From NCBI GenBank assembly GCA_964199315.1, contig OZ116704.1, forward strand, positions 26,970,001 through 27,034,000: a DNA stretch of 64,000 bases, given 5' to 3'. Shown here piece after piece: positions 32,886-46,700 of this stretch (its first letter is position 1; every line of letters starts with the position of its first letter). The notes beneath the pieces were generated by a model, which saw only the letters and a program-made list of their open reading frames with translations, had not been told where the DNA came from and ran no database searches. This stretch comes from Orbicella franksi. Taxonomy: Eukaryota. A program made the translations under genes and the position numbers.

Positions 32886-33792
32886 GTTATTATTTCAAAT
32901 CACGACTTACTGATTTGAAATCATAGCTAAGTCATTGACTATTTGATGTCCAGCGGATGATGGTTAATTGAATAGCTTATTTGAAACCACGAAAAGCCTT
33001 ATTTCAAATAATAAATCATTATTTGATATCAGTAAAACCATGATTTAATTCAATAAGTAATAAGTAACCGCAGCGCGTCTATGTGACTTGGCAGGTGGGT
33101 TACTAGCGCGGGAGTAATCGCAAAGATGACTAGTTATCGAGGTCAATCGCTTCTGCGGTCTCTAGAGCCGTAGAAAGGGCGGTTGACCAAGTTTTGTCAT
33201 CGCTTCCTAGCCTTCCTGGGAATTCAGGTTTTGCTCTTGCGACACAAGAGGTATGTACCATTGATGTATCACTGCATATGCATCGCTGGGTGATGACCTG
33301 TGTGTCGATGTGTGATAAAAAAAACTCATTATTAAAAGATGTCTTCCCTGCGCCTCTTCTCTTTCTTACATGTTGCGCTGCATCATTAGTTAAGGGGATT
33401 GCATGTTAATCGGAAAACTATGACTATGTTTATGAGGGAAAGAGGAGAGAACAACCTACTTTTGGACCTTTCGCTTGTCTGGCGCACTCAGTTACGACAT
33501 CTTTACGGATTCGTAAATTTAAAATTTCATGCTGTGTATGTGAAGAGGTACGTAAATATGTTTCTCATGGACGGGTTTGTTTAGTAAACGTTAACAAAGT
33601 CTAACCCATTCATAATTCTAGTTTGGACTGAAAAATCGACATGATGGGCTTTTAAGAACCTGACGTCCACATGATAAATACATATCACAAGCAGTGCACA
33701 GTGGTGTTACCGGAAATAGCTACTGTAGCGAGACTATTATTATTTTTATTATTATTTACGGCGAGGCAAATAAAAAGATGATGATGATGAAA

Positions 33793-34050
33793 TATTTAAC
33801 AATTGTTCACCGAAGTGGAGGTAAATATCCACCACTTTCACCGACACTGAGGTGAAAATTGTTTTAGCATATACCACACAAGCTGAATAACTAGCGGACC
33901 AAAGAGTAACTTTATTTGTGACAATATACCGACAAATGGTAGGACAAAAAAATTGGCGCGCTCGGAGGTGAATAGTACTTGGCTAATCGCCTCCGAGCTA
34001 GCCAATCAGCGTGCGCGAAAAGTACTATTCACTTGTGTGGTATATACTAA
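33793..34050. repeat. Interspersed repeat in the foldback spacer (TATTTAACAATT...GTATATACTAA family)
   Basis: Resembles a high-copy coral repeat (recall); contains short internal palindromes. Confidence 0.5.
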
Positions 34051-34911
34051 ATATATATATTCCCGCAAAATGGTACAAATTACACCGATTTGTCGCCAGA
34101 CCTGAGTCTCAATGCTACGCCTATTTACGTACCTCTTCACATATAAATTTGTTTACCATATCATGTTGCAGGCACGGCCAACAGGAAGGCCTCTCCTTCC
34201 CACCATGTCAGGTTGTTCTCTCCTCTTTCCCTCCTAAATATACTCATAGCTTTCCGATTAACATGCGACCCCCTTAACTAATGATGCAGCGCAACATGTA
34301 AGAAAGAGAAGAGGCGCAGGGAAGACATCTTTTAATAATGAGTTCTTTTTTTATCACACATCGACACACAGGTCATCACCCAGCGATGCATATGCAGTGA
34401 TACATCAATAGTACATACCTCTTGTGTCGCAAGAGCAAAACCTGAATTACCAGGAAGGCTAGGAAGCGATGACAAAACTTGGCCAACCGCCTTTTCTACG
34501 GCTCTAGAGACCGCAGAAGCGATTGACCTCGATAACTAGTCATCTTTACGATTACTCCCGCGCTAGTAACCCACTTGCAAGTCACATAGACGCGCTGCGG
34601 TTACTTATTACTTATTGAATTAAATCATGGTTTTACTGATATCAAATAATGATTTATTATTTGAAATAAGGCTTTTCGTGGTTTCAAATAAGCGATTGAA
34701 TTAACCATCATCCGCTGGACATCAAATAGTCAATGACTGAGCTATGATTTTAAATCAGTAAGTCGTGATTTGAAATAATAACAGCAAGATTTGAAATTAG
34801 TATTTATATCAAATCATAAACATATGATTTGAAATCAGGAGTTATTATATCAAATCATAAACGTCTGATTTGAAATCAGGATTTAATAAATCAAATAATA
34901 AACACATGATT

Positions 34912-36109
34912 AATTAACCTCCCCTTGCTTCTCTTAAAATAAGGACAACAACAACTTTTTGTGGCTGAAAATGGGGAAGTGGGTGAACGAGTGCTCAGTT
35001 AATATTTTAGCCCCATGAACCCCTGGAGTGTCAAGAAAACAAAACCTACAGCCCAAGGAGATGTAGACAGTGGATGGAGAGAAGGGAGTAAGCCTTCACG
35101 CAGGGCCACTGTAAACATTCCTGGGTAGAGAGGAGGGAGTGGGCCTCCTCTCTGACTGGAGGGAGTGGGCCTCAACTAACCTAACTCCAGGGGGTAAAAT
35201 TGGAGGGAGTTGGCCTCCGAAAATCGAGTCTATGGGGGCAAGAGTGTGACGAGAGGAGCACTTCATCCCCATTCCCGTGTTTATTTGACCAACCTTAACA
35301 GAACTTGCAAAGAACGGTAACAATATAAAAAAGTATGAATTGTGAATTATGATCTCAAGTATGTATTGTTGGACTGGCAGACTGTTTTAATCGACATAAA
35401 CAAACCTAAGCGAGGTACTTAGTTTCTATAGTTCGTTCAGATAAATAACATACTTAAGTGTCTCTGAGAATCGTAAAGATCCTTCAATAGATTGACATGT
35501 CTAAACTACCTCAAATGTGGTATGTAATTGCTCTAAAAGTTATAAATGTTCGTTTTGGTAATTTTAATTCGAGTGTACACAAAGAAACCTCAAAAGAGGT
35601 ACTTATTCTAAGAGTCCCATTGCTTATGTTAACAACTAACGCATCTATTAAATACAACTAAAAGTGGTGCTTGAACCCTCAAGATTGACATGTTATACCA
35701 GGAGTTTTTATTATAATCGTGTACATCACAACTTAGGTGTCAAACTGATGTCGCCCTACAATTTAAGTTGTACTACAAAATATCCTAGATGATTGGAAAA
35801 GCCCTCAGGCAAACTATATTACTATGGAGACCTATGAGCGGGCAAGTGCTTTGGGTGGGTGGGAGGGAATAGAAAATATTCTAGACAAAATGTCGCACTG
35901 TAGTCTATCTCTTGTGAGAGCAAAAGACACTGGCCAAATTTAGCAAGCACGTATCAAGATGCTAAAGTTCACTCTGATTGGCTGGTTTTCAGGATTCTCA
36001 CGTGAGGCCATCCAAGGTCGATAAACAGATGATTAGCAAAGCACATAGCTCAAAATAGAAACAATAGTTGTTGATTAACTGAAATTTATTTCACATGTTC
36101 AATAAATTG
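34912..36109. mobile_element. 1.2-kb insertion splitting the foldback right arm
   Basis: Absent from the left arm; flanked by TGATT at 34907..34911 and 36110..36114; AATAAA near its right end; three GAGGGAGT(G/T)GGCCTC repeats inside. Confidence 0.65.
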
Positions 36110-37739
36110 TGATTTTGAAATCATAATTTATTATATCAAATCATAAGCGCATGATTTGAAATCAGGATTTATTATATCAAATCATCGACGTATGATATCA
36201 TATCACAAAACTTTATTTAGTAAATAACGAAAAAAATGACAAAATTAGGCCAAATCATTTTTTTTACAAACGGCGCCCCATAGGACGTTGGCAACTTCCG
36301 AGCACAAACTGAAACCCACCTAAGAGGCACCGTAAAGCAGGATCGTTTAAACAACTGCCTCCTCCCGCATTGTCATAACTTTATTACGGACACATTGAAC
36401 ATCGCAAAGAAGTTTGTTTGTGTAAACGAACAACGCAAAAGACATTTTGTAAAATATGAATAGAGGTATGTGCTTGGCTTAACGATTAGCCCCCCATGTT
36501 TCAAAATGCTCCGCCACCTCTGAGACTCTAACTTCATTTTGACTTGCACAGGGAATCTAGTGATCAGGAATCCTATTTCTTCTGATCTCCTTTCTCGTTT
36601 GTCGCACATTTCCAGAATATAAACAACTTTAGAGCCTGAGGAGATTGTGCGAGAAATAATTCGGAAGAAAACTCTGTCTCGCTCGCTCTCCACACGTTTA
36701 ATTCAACCATGGATACTACCCATGATTCAACTCAAACAGGGAAAACCGCGCCACAAATTTGCCGCCTTTTCAAAATATCCGTTCGTCTAGATTACAATGA
36801 AGTGTCCAGACCATCCAGTCGATTGAAATTTACCCTCTCGTATCCGTCAAGGAATGGAATAATTTTAAAATAACACCCTTTTATAGCTTCACTGCACTCA
36901 TATGGTATTTATTAACAATTTAAATTGTCGTTTGGTTCCCGTCTCCAGTCGACCAGAGACAGAATGAATGAAAGTAAAGTTATCTCCTTCCCAGGACCCT
37001 CGCTCCTTTTTCGATCCAGGCATTCCATGGTACGGTTTTCCTGAAACAGCAGTTACGTTCAGCAATGTTCTACAATACTCTTGAAAAGGGTTGGCTTCCT
37101 CAGTTAAATTCAAATTCACAATTTTATTTATATTTTTCTTTTTACACTCAAACGACAGGTTACAACTATTGTTTTCTTAGAAAACAACATTTACACACCG
37201 ACTTTGCTTTAAAATTGACCAGCTTTCGCTTATATGTAGTTAAATAGGAACTTCACGTAAATTGTATTCTTTTTTGTAAAATAGTACGCACTTTCATGAC
37301 AAAAACTTGGCCCAACAAATCCTGATTATAAAAATAATTTGCACAGCACTTTAGGTACTTTAAACTTCACTCAAAGCTGGCAGCATGCAGTTACTTCTCG
37401 ACAAATTTACATACAAGTTCTTTTAAAAATATTCTTCCTAGTTGGACAACAATTTCTCGCAATTTGAGGCCCCTTCTGTTTTTTAAACAATGAAAATTGA
37501 AGCCTTTTTTGGGCTGGAGTTAGTTTGTGATCGACTAAAACAAACAAAATGTTTCGATATTTCTTCAATCCGAACGAAGCAAGAGTAATGCCCACACTGT
37601 CACGTGACGATCAACTTGTCATCATAATGACCATCTCTGTTCCTAAGCAACCACGAACATCCTTCACAGACGCTGCAACTGTGCACGTTGATTCAATTTT
37701 CCCTTCCTCTTCGGACGATACTTGTTTCATGGCTGCCTG

Positions 37740-37782
37740 TCAGCTGTTTCCATCTTTTAATTCAATCAGTGCTCCAGGCCAT
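37740..37782 (-). CDS. MINDY4B: MINDY4B-like last coding exon (K)WPGALIELKDGNS*
   Basis: Acceptor tattacag, phase 2 in, TGA at 37742..37740. Confidence 0.85.
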
Positions 37783-40700
37783 CTGTAATAGGAACCGGCA
37801 GTCAAAAACGTATCAGCTAACTTGCTTTGCAGTGCAGAAAGTGATGCGTTTAACTTGGCCATCGTGCGTGCACAGATTGCACTAGAGGTATTTAGTTAAT
37901 ACACTGTGCAGCATTGAAGTAATTTGATCAAAGGCTGCTGCGCCGTGATCGTTATGACAAATTAGAACTTGGTGTTAGTGCTACTTTTCGGAACCACTGG
38001 GGCTACGAAAACGTGATGTGAATCGTTGTCTTGAGTAAAAGCGTGTTCAACTAACAAAACACTTACAGAGGTACAAATTCGCGCTGTACATACTATTCTT
38101 CTCCCAGCTCCAGTGGAAAAAATTACAAAAACTTGAAAAAAGCTTGAGAATTGGTAGCGGTGAGGGGTGCAGATGAATCGAAAATAAATTTGAGCTACGC
38201 CAAAAAACTTGATATAGTTACCTAGGGGAGATGTTTTAAAATCTCCGCATCTTCATCACTTTTGTAAGAAAAGTTTCGTTTTACTAAGAGGGAAAGAAAG
38301 CGGAGTAACCAATAAGTAAATGTCTTTATACGACTATACTCTACTCACTTGGTTCTTACGCAGTTTTCCAAGTCAGATGGTTCTTCACCGAATACGTCAT
38401 CAGGGATAAACACATCTCTTGTGTCTGTAAGAAAAGGAACAACTACAGAATGGTGAAACTGATGATCACTTGTTACAATTAACGAGCTACGAAGATTTTC
38501 TCTGACAACTTGGACTTTTCTAACGAAACAACAAGCAGGTCTTCTGAAAAAGCTGGTGTGCTCTGTCGTGGGGAAGTGAGAATTGTAAGGGATACAACTT
38601 AATCGCCGTTTAAATTAATCTCTAAGCCTTACTTTAAACCTGGTTTACATACGCGCAAGTAAACACGGTAGTGGGGACGCCCACAACACAAGCATAAGCA
38701 CAAATATATGCAGAACAAAAAGTTCTGTTCTTCTTGTGCTTAAGCTTATGTGAAGTGACAACGCGCTGCTGTATGCCCAAGCATAAGATAAGTCCGCCAT
38801 CTTGTTTTGCTTTATCGAGGAGATATGGAACCGAAAATAAGGCAATTCAGTATCCATTCTGCACATGCGTACATCCTTATGCTTGTGTTATTGTGCCCTC
38901 ACTACCGTTATGCTTGTGCTTGTACATAGGTCGCAGTGAAAACCAGGTCTTGCCAACAGCACTTGTTCTCAGGTTTTTTCGCCAGCATGCTTTGTATAAG
39001 AAGCATGTAAAGTCATTGATCGCCGCCCGACGGGACAACGTGGCCCAAAATGTTACAAAGAAATAGAAAAGAAAAGGTTTTCTACCTATGGTCAACACAC
39101 ACTCGTTTGAAGTACCACTGTTTCGATTTGCCGATCCAGTGCAAAACAGTAAATCAAATCTTCGCTCCAGCTTCCTGAGAAAGAAAATAGAGACACTGCG
39201 TTAATGTGAGAAAACTGAAACAGCAACAACAACAACAAAAAAGTCATATGTTAGAGAGATCCTACTTCCCTTGTAGCACACAAATGACTCTCATCACACA
39301 GGTGGTAAGGAGAGCAAAGGAGAGCGAGGGGATAGTAAGTACTGGAGAGGGAAGAAAGTGAAGGAAAATTTATCAACAGAGATTTACGGACACTGGTTCA
39401 AAGTAGGAACGAAATTGGTGTAAATGTGGTTCATGTTTAATCCGAATGTGTATTATTTCATTGCTTATTACGTGTACGTGAAAAATGTAAGATTTAGAAG
39501 AAACGTTAAGGGGGCTCAAGTAGTCTAATAGATAAAAAAGTTAACTGACCAATCATTGACGAGGTCCTTGTTGAGTGAGAACAGCACGCCATATCGTTCA
39601 CCTGTTTTCACAACCCAGACTGGAAACTTAGGAGTCTTGAGCATGCTGCCAACCTGGTCAGCAAATAACACAGAGGGGACATGTTACGTCATGTTACTTA
39701 TCCCCAAACAGTCTCCAAGTATTTACTTAGCTCAAAGATGGATGTCATTTTCGTGCTCTCCCATTTTAACATTACCTGAAACGATTTAGGATCGAAATGC
39801 TCTTCAAGAGATAAGAATCCGATCTCACTTCGATCTTTAATGCCATGCAGCGGGTGGGCCTGCGGACGAGAAAAACGTTACAAAAGCTATATGGTGAGGG
39901 TGGGGAGAGTACACGACCCTACATCAAACAGGGGAGAGCTGGGGAAAGATTATCAAAATTCCAAAAAAAAGGTTAAGCAATGATGGAATGTATAATAACA
40001 AGTGCTCCATAATATTCCGTCTACCCCATTCAGGTACCAGGTGTCCTTAACAATTTGCCGGTCCCCAGTTATACTCCTGCGTGGAGAGAGGCGCCCGTGA
40101 GAGCTAATGTATTGCTCAAGAACACAACATAGCCGGTGATCTTGGCAAAGGCTCGAATCCAGATCTCTCGAATCTGAATCTGACTCGCTAATCATCAAGT
40201 TAGCTCGAACGAAAATGTTTTTTTTTCTCTTTTATCGGAGTGTGTAATGCGAGTCAAACTTTATCATTACAGATCTGTCAGACAAAAATCAAATAAAAAA
40301 CTGCAACTAAGACAAAACAGAACACAGAATGCAGTTCGTCATTTACCAGCTTTCGTCCACTCTTGTTGCACTCTATGTCGCCATTGAATACGTTAGCAAC
40401 AGCTCTGCCGGTAAGCATCAAGTTAATCATGGCCTGTGCAGAGGAAGAGTGAGAAATTATTTATTTATGTGATATTCATTGCAAATTTAAAAGTTTACTT
40501 CATATTTACTGCAGTCCATCATCTGAAACGGTCGCCTCTTTCTACTGAGCCCACGATGTTCAGGAAACGCGTGGCTAAGTAACAAAAAGCTCTCGAAGTG
40601 TTTGTGCACAATCAGAATATCATAGGAGACATTTTGCAAACAAGAAGCTCCAGCAACTGACTGAGGCAAAGTTTCCTACCTGGGTACACGAGTCGTGGGG

Positions 40701-43700
40701 GCCCATCAGAGTCGAGTTCGGATCTCCAAGGTCCTCGATTACACTGGAAATACACAAAAATAACCAGAAACATTTAAAGCATGAATACAGAGTGCAAAAA
40801 AGGTCTGAAATCTATGTGATATGGCGGTTTCTAAAGACATGCTACGTCTACGTGTGTTTTACGGTTGCTGAACTCCATGACTGGTCAATAAAATCGTGCA
40901 AAGGACCGCTGTAACAAATCAGATGGAACGTTTACTCAGCCAATCAAATGCAAGACCAAAATCAATCGTCATTTGACTCGCACGACTTTTCCCGCCGGCT
41001 TGCAATCGGTGGCGTGTTTTCCCGCGCTTGGCCGCGGTACATCTTTTATGTTTTCCGGCGGTTCGAGTTTAGCACTGGTCACATGTCTTCCCGTATTTGG
41101 TACCGGCTATATGCTCACACGTGCTTGGCACATGCTACATGTTTTTCCCGCGCTCGGCACCGGTTACACGTTTGTTTACATTTTAACAACGGTCACATGG
41201 TTGTCCGCGCTGTCTGTCCGCTTCGGCTTCTGATTGGTATTGAGTTGAACCTCTCAATAAGGCCATCCTAGAGCAGAATTCACTGTAGTTGGGACCTTTC
41301 AATGATAGGCGGGAAAATGAATGTATTGGCGCACGGTCGGGAAGAAAATCCTGGCCGTTGTATGCAGGTGGCTGTAACAGAGAGCTCGATGTGGCTGTTT
41401 GTGGAGGAGAGTCTGTGTTTCACTGTTCTTATGGCAGTAGGCGCTTCAGAGTAGTGATCAATTTGGTCTGAATACTTTGACTTTGGCTTTAACTGTCGCT
41501 AGAAAACGCTGTTACGTGTAATGGTTGCAAAAAAGAACGGCTACGTTAAAGGGATCGACACAGCGTAAAATTTTCGCGTAAACGTAGACGTTTGTGCGTG
41601 TAGACTCGACGCACTTTACAAAAAATAGAAAGGTTTGTAACGAAAAAATCAGACATACCTTTCAATTGTTCTTGACAAGATTACAGAATATAATAGCAGG
41701 ATGCAACCATTTCCGTTTGTGCTTTCGAACTACAAAAGAAAATCACCGAGAAAAAAAAAAACGAACGGAGAATGGTTAAGTTTGAAATGTAGGACTGCAG
41801 ACATTTGACTTAAATATTATGGTGCTAGGCCCAAACACTTCAGGACAATATCCCAAGTTAATGGTTCTTTATTCTCACTACCTATCGGCTTGACAAGGTC
41901 ATAACGTTGTAAGGAGAAATGGGATGATGATCTCCTGGGAATAAAAGGCTAATAACCAAGCATTCTCGGTCAGTATAAGGTGAAAAGGTGGAATTTGAGT
42001 GGGACTCTTATTCACGAAGGGTAACATAAATCCTTGGTGTTTATAAAAATAAAAAAAATAGATAGCAAGAGGATTATTATAAAGGTCTGGACCCCATAGA
42101 GAAAGACAAATACAGAACCAGTAGATCCATACCATTAAGAACCAGGGCGGATTTAACACTAATCCAGTGTAAAGCGTTACCTGGCCTTCGCACAACTTGG
42201 GCCAAAATGACAAGATAGACATCTTGTAACATCATGTACTTACAAAAGATAACTGCTTCTTGAGGAATCGTTCAAGATCGGCAAAATTTGTCAATCTAAA
42301 CAGATGAAGCTATGAAGAAAAAACACGTCCATTATCCAATATAACACAGCGTTTCTTAATTCTAATAAGCCCTGTGACTCTATGTTCGAAACAACCTGCC
42401 TCTAATGGCTTCACAGCTAAGTTGGTAGGCATTTTGGCTTCTCGAATTCTACAAATCGGTGTAGCTTATAACTAATCACTGTCGGCGCTTTTTCTGTTGC
42501 ATGGTTACAGCTCTCCTGCATGGGATCCTACAGAAGTCCATCGATGGTTACCCTTGCATACAATGAAGGTGAATTTTTTAAGCGCCGGAGAGAGCGCATT
42601 TCGATTGGGTGTCCGCCGTCGTGGATTCGGAAACTAGGAGGGTGGCGTAGTCTGCGTCGCAGACGTAAAACGGAGAAGGGGTAGGGAGGGAAAAAACGCG
42701 AGGAAGAAGAAGTCCCCCTCACCCTCCCCTCCCCCGTTTAACCGTTTATCCAAGCGGAGAAGAAAGAGTGAGGCTAAACTCCTGCACTATTGTTCTAGTG
42801 CGATGCACAAATGTCTGCGTTTGGGAATAAAGTTGAAAAAAAGAGAAAAGTACTCGAACAGAACACTATCTATTCCGCGAGACTGAGCAGGAAAATTTTA
42901 TTTTAAAGAAATTCAACTGTACGAATATACCTTTTCCGTAAGCTGATCCTCTCTGTAGTCCTCCATTGTTATCCAGTTACATTCACCACACGGTCTGTAA
43001 ATAGAAATGAAAGGGGTAACGTCACGAGTAGGAATCTTGAAAAATTAAACCTAAATTTTTCAAGTTCAAATCTAGCCTCCTAGGCCGACGCTCTTGGAGC
43101 CCGTCACGTGATCTTTCCAGGGGGGAATGCGATCCATAAGAACGTCTGCGTAGAAGGCTAGTCGTAATCCATCTTAGTCTTTCCCAATTTTAGCCACCCT
43201 TTTGCGTTTATAATTACTTCTTCTGTAACTTCTGCGGAACTTCTGCGTAATAACCAACTGCGAAATTTTGTCAAGTGAGGTATCAACGTCGTTCCCAGGG
43301 TCTCTCACCTTGAGAGGAGAGGGAAGGGTGGGACGATGAGAGACCCTGTAGACGATGTTGGTGAGGAATACGCTCAACGGCACCAAAACACGATTTCCAA
43401 CCCACACTTATACCACGAGTCTCTCCCTCAGTAACATAATGTGAGCAACTCTCTACCCCTGAAGGGGAAAGGATACAAGTATCAGACTCACAGTGCGACC
43501 GTGGCATGTTTGTATCCTCCAGCTTGCCATAACATCTTTGCCATGGCAGTAATCAGTGCCCTCTGACGGTCTGAAGACATGGGTGTTAACATGCTATGAA
43601 AAACAGAGCAACAAATCAAGGTACCAGGCTCATTTCGGGCATTTACTCACATTCAAAGCTCATAGAGTTTAAGTGAACTGAAACAGCTATTGAAATTATA

Positions 43701-46700
43701 AGCTTTTCGGAGTACTCTGACTTATCTCAAACAGCGATTGAACTGAGCTTATTTATGATCCCAGATAATACGCTCTAAGCGGTTCAAGTTCAAACAATCA
43801 GACCAAGTTAAGTCTATCTATACTGACTTTTTTCCGTGAAAGTTTCTCGATTTATGGAACTTAAACTAAATAATCAAAAGCAACCTCGTGGAGGTTAAAA
43901 TATTTCACCGAGATAATTTCTGCAAAATTTTGAAAGAATCCCAAGCAAAGTTGAAAACGCGAGTTTACAAGATTGTTCATTGACAGTTGCTAAAAGAGTT
44001 GAAAGTAAAAAAAAAAATCAATAGCATTTTAATCCATGCCCTCTGGGTCCGGCTGCAATGCCCTATCAATGCCTGCAGTGAGTCGCATGCGAATGGTTTC
44101 CTTCATGTCTAAGTTCTCTAACGAGCTGTTTTCTGACAGTATGATACATGGCTTTACCTGCTTAATATCTTTTTGTGTAGATAATTAAAATAATAAAGCA
44201 TGCTTTTCCGTGTTTTATATTCAAGAGCGATAGGGTTTCCAAGCCAATCAGAGCAAGCGCGTGATCCTGAAACTGTTCTTAAAAACATCCGTAATGACCC
44301 ACGTGACTGAATGGAGGAAGGCATGTTGATCAACCTTTCGAACACTTACCTTTTAACTTGTTCTATAGATGACTGTTCATACAACAAGTACCGTAAGAGG
44401 AATCCCTGCAAACACGCCATGACACCTCCAGGACCCAGCTACAGAAAATAACGGATCAAAAAACAGCGTTATTTCACACCAATAACACAGCATAACACAG
44501 CATAACTACTATATACGGGGACTTTCTACTTGTCTTATAAAATTTAAGCATAACCTGACTGAAATAAACGTGATGATTAACAAAACCCTCAGTGTGAAAA
44601 AAACCCACACCAAGCTTTCGACGTCATTGCGGCGTCTTTGTCAAGATCTATTTGTCACGTGAGCTTGTGTGGCCAAAGTCACGAGACAAAATGTCTCCGC
44701 ACAAAGCCTGGTACAAGGCTGCTCAACGGGTTCGAACTTCCAGCCTTTTACAGAGACATTTTGTCACGTGACTTTGGCCACACAAGTCACGTGACAAATA
44801 GATTGATTTGACAAAGGCGCCGCGATGGCGTGGAAACCCTGTGACAGCTGAAACTGGTCGATACTGGACTCCGTTTCGGTATACAAGACAATATTCTGTG
44901 TTTAACAAAACAAGTCTTACTGCAAAACCTTCCACATGAAAATGAGTTTGATTTGCATGAAAATGAACCTGTTGGCGTAACACATTTCCATAGGAATGGT
45001 TTCGCCGATGACTCGCTTTGAAACAGAGGTAAAAGGCAACTCGGAAGTAGCCTATTGGAAAACAACAAAGACCAAACAGTAATTCAACACATCATTACAT
45101 AAATAATTAAGTTAGCAAATAAATGATTAGACACAGTTAAGCGCATGACAGTCGTGGTTTGTCCACAAAGCGAAAGAGTGGTCACAGATTACCTTGTAAA
45201 AGCTCAGAGCGTAAGACATGCTCGAGAAAAAGTTGATGTGCTGCTTTCTCCAGTCCGAATTGAAGGAAGTGTATGGCGTACCAAATAACAGAACTCGGAG
45301 AGCCTGAAAAAAAAAGCAATAAAGTCAGATCCCCTCGTTGAGAATAACTCGAGCCCGCAATATTCGGCAGAGAAGTTGCTAAGCAACAAGCCGTCATATT
45401 ATGTCGTCCTGCCGATATGACATGCGTAACCATGCTAGTACCCAGGGTTTACTTCGCACTGACATTAACGAAGTATAACTTCTCAGAACTGCACCCTTTC
45501 GCGAGATCGTGCCAAAGAGATTACGATACAATCCAGCAAAAATATATCCTAGGCTGCGTACAAAAGTTTCATCCTGCGTTGGAAAGGAAAGCAACTAGAC
45601 TGTAAGCAGGCTTTCTCTAACTAAGACTATTTTTGCCACATTTTGTATTCTTCTTGGAAGAATTTAGATCAAAAGCGAGATTTTTCCTGCAGAGAGACAT
45701 TTCCAACCCTTTCATTCATGTGACCTGGTAAGCAAGTTTGCAACCCTTTTTCTTTTTTCAATATTGCGCACAGCAGGCACAGACAACCTAGAATTTTCTA
45801 TTGCCGCAATCACGGGCATTAGAGTTGGCCTAATGATGAGAACGCTCGCCTTTCACCAGTGTCGCTCGGGTTCTCTCCCCGACCCAGTCCTAAGTGTCAT
45901 ATGTGGGTTGAGTTTGTTGTTGGCTCTCGTCCTTGTTACGAGGGTTTCTTCCGGGTTCTCCCATTTTCCTCCCTCAACAGAAACTAACACTCCAGTCTCG
46001 ATGCCCGATCACTTCATAACGAGATCCTACGAGCTCTTACGTGTTTCGCGGGTCAATAAAAATTACATTGTGAAAAGTGAACTGATCAACATGACACGAG
46101 CGCGGGACAAAGAAAAATATGAGTCCCCGACAGGAATCGAACCCATGACCGAGCTACGAGAACTCATGGAGAACGAGGTCATGTGTGACAGGCGTCCTGC
46201 ATACTGCTAGGATCAACACTGTCGATGTCATCGTGAGTGTGATAACTGAATAAAGATGATGAATTTTAAGCTCGGTAATGAAATGTGAAAAGTGAACAGA
46301 TCAATATGACACGAGCGAGGGACAAAGAAAAAATTACATTATTTCAATTTTTTTTTGTTACATTGCTAACACTATAAGGACTCTGTACTGGTTTGTTTTA
46401 TTTTATTTTATTTTTTTTTGTTACCCTGGCCACGTCCAATGTGATTGGTTCTCCACCCGGCACAGCCGGTTTAACCGGTTCTACAGCCTGTTCTCTTTCC
46501 AAAGATTTCCTGTGACTGGAAGAACTTTGCCTTTTCGACGGAGTTGGAGTTGCCTGAGACAGCAACGGACCAATGTCTGCAGAGGTAAAAAAAAGTCATT
46601 TTAAAAAGAAATATGAAAAGAAGCCTTGATGTCCAAATGAAAATTCTCTCAAATGTTCTCTATAAATTCCTTAATGAGAAGTTGGGAGAAAATGGTTGTT

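Larger units (their letters stand above)
32299..36572. mobile_element. Non-autonomous foldback-type DNA element with ~1.16 kb inverted arms
   Basis: The left arm 32299..33457 is the reverse complement (~90% by eye) of 34210..34911 plus 36110..36572. The 752-bp spacer has no transposase ORF. The arms contain 41-bp tandem repeats. Confidence 0.85.

Noticed and set aside
32207-36693. Near-identical ORFs 32207..32497 (+) and 36373..36693 (-)
   Set aside because: They are by-products of the foldback arms and have no recognisable domain.
44040-44062. 23-nt microexon ALQPDPE with a GC donor that would bridge two MINDY4B exons
   Set aside because: The stronger acceptor at 43593 gives an in-frame, homologous join (MLTPMSSDRQRAL) without a weak GC-AG intron.
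44708-44742. A-box/B-box-like motifs (tggtacaagg, ggttcgaac) suggesting a tRNA gene
   Set aside because: The boxes are too close together and no cloverleaf forms. The other B boxes in the window belong to SINEs.
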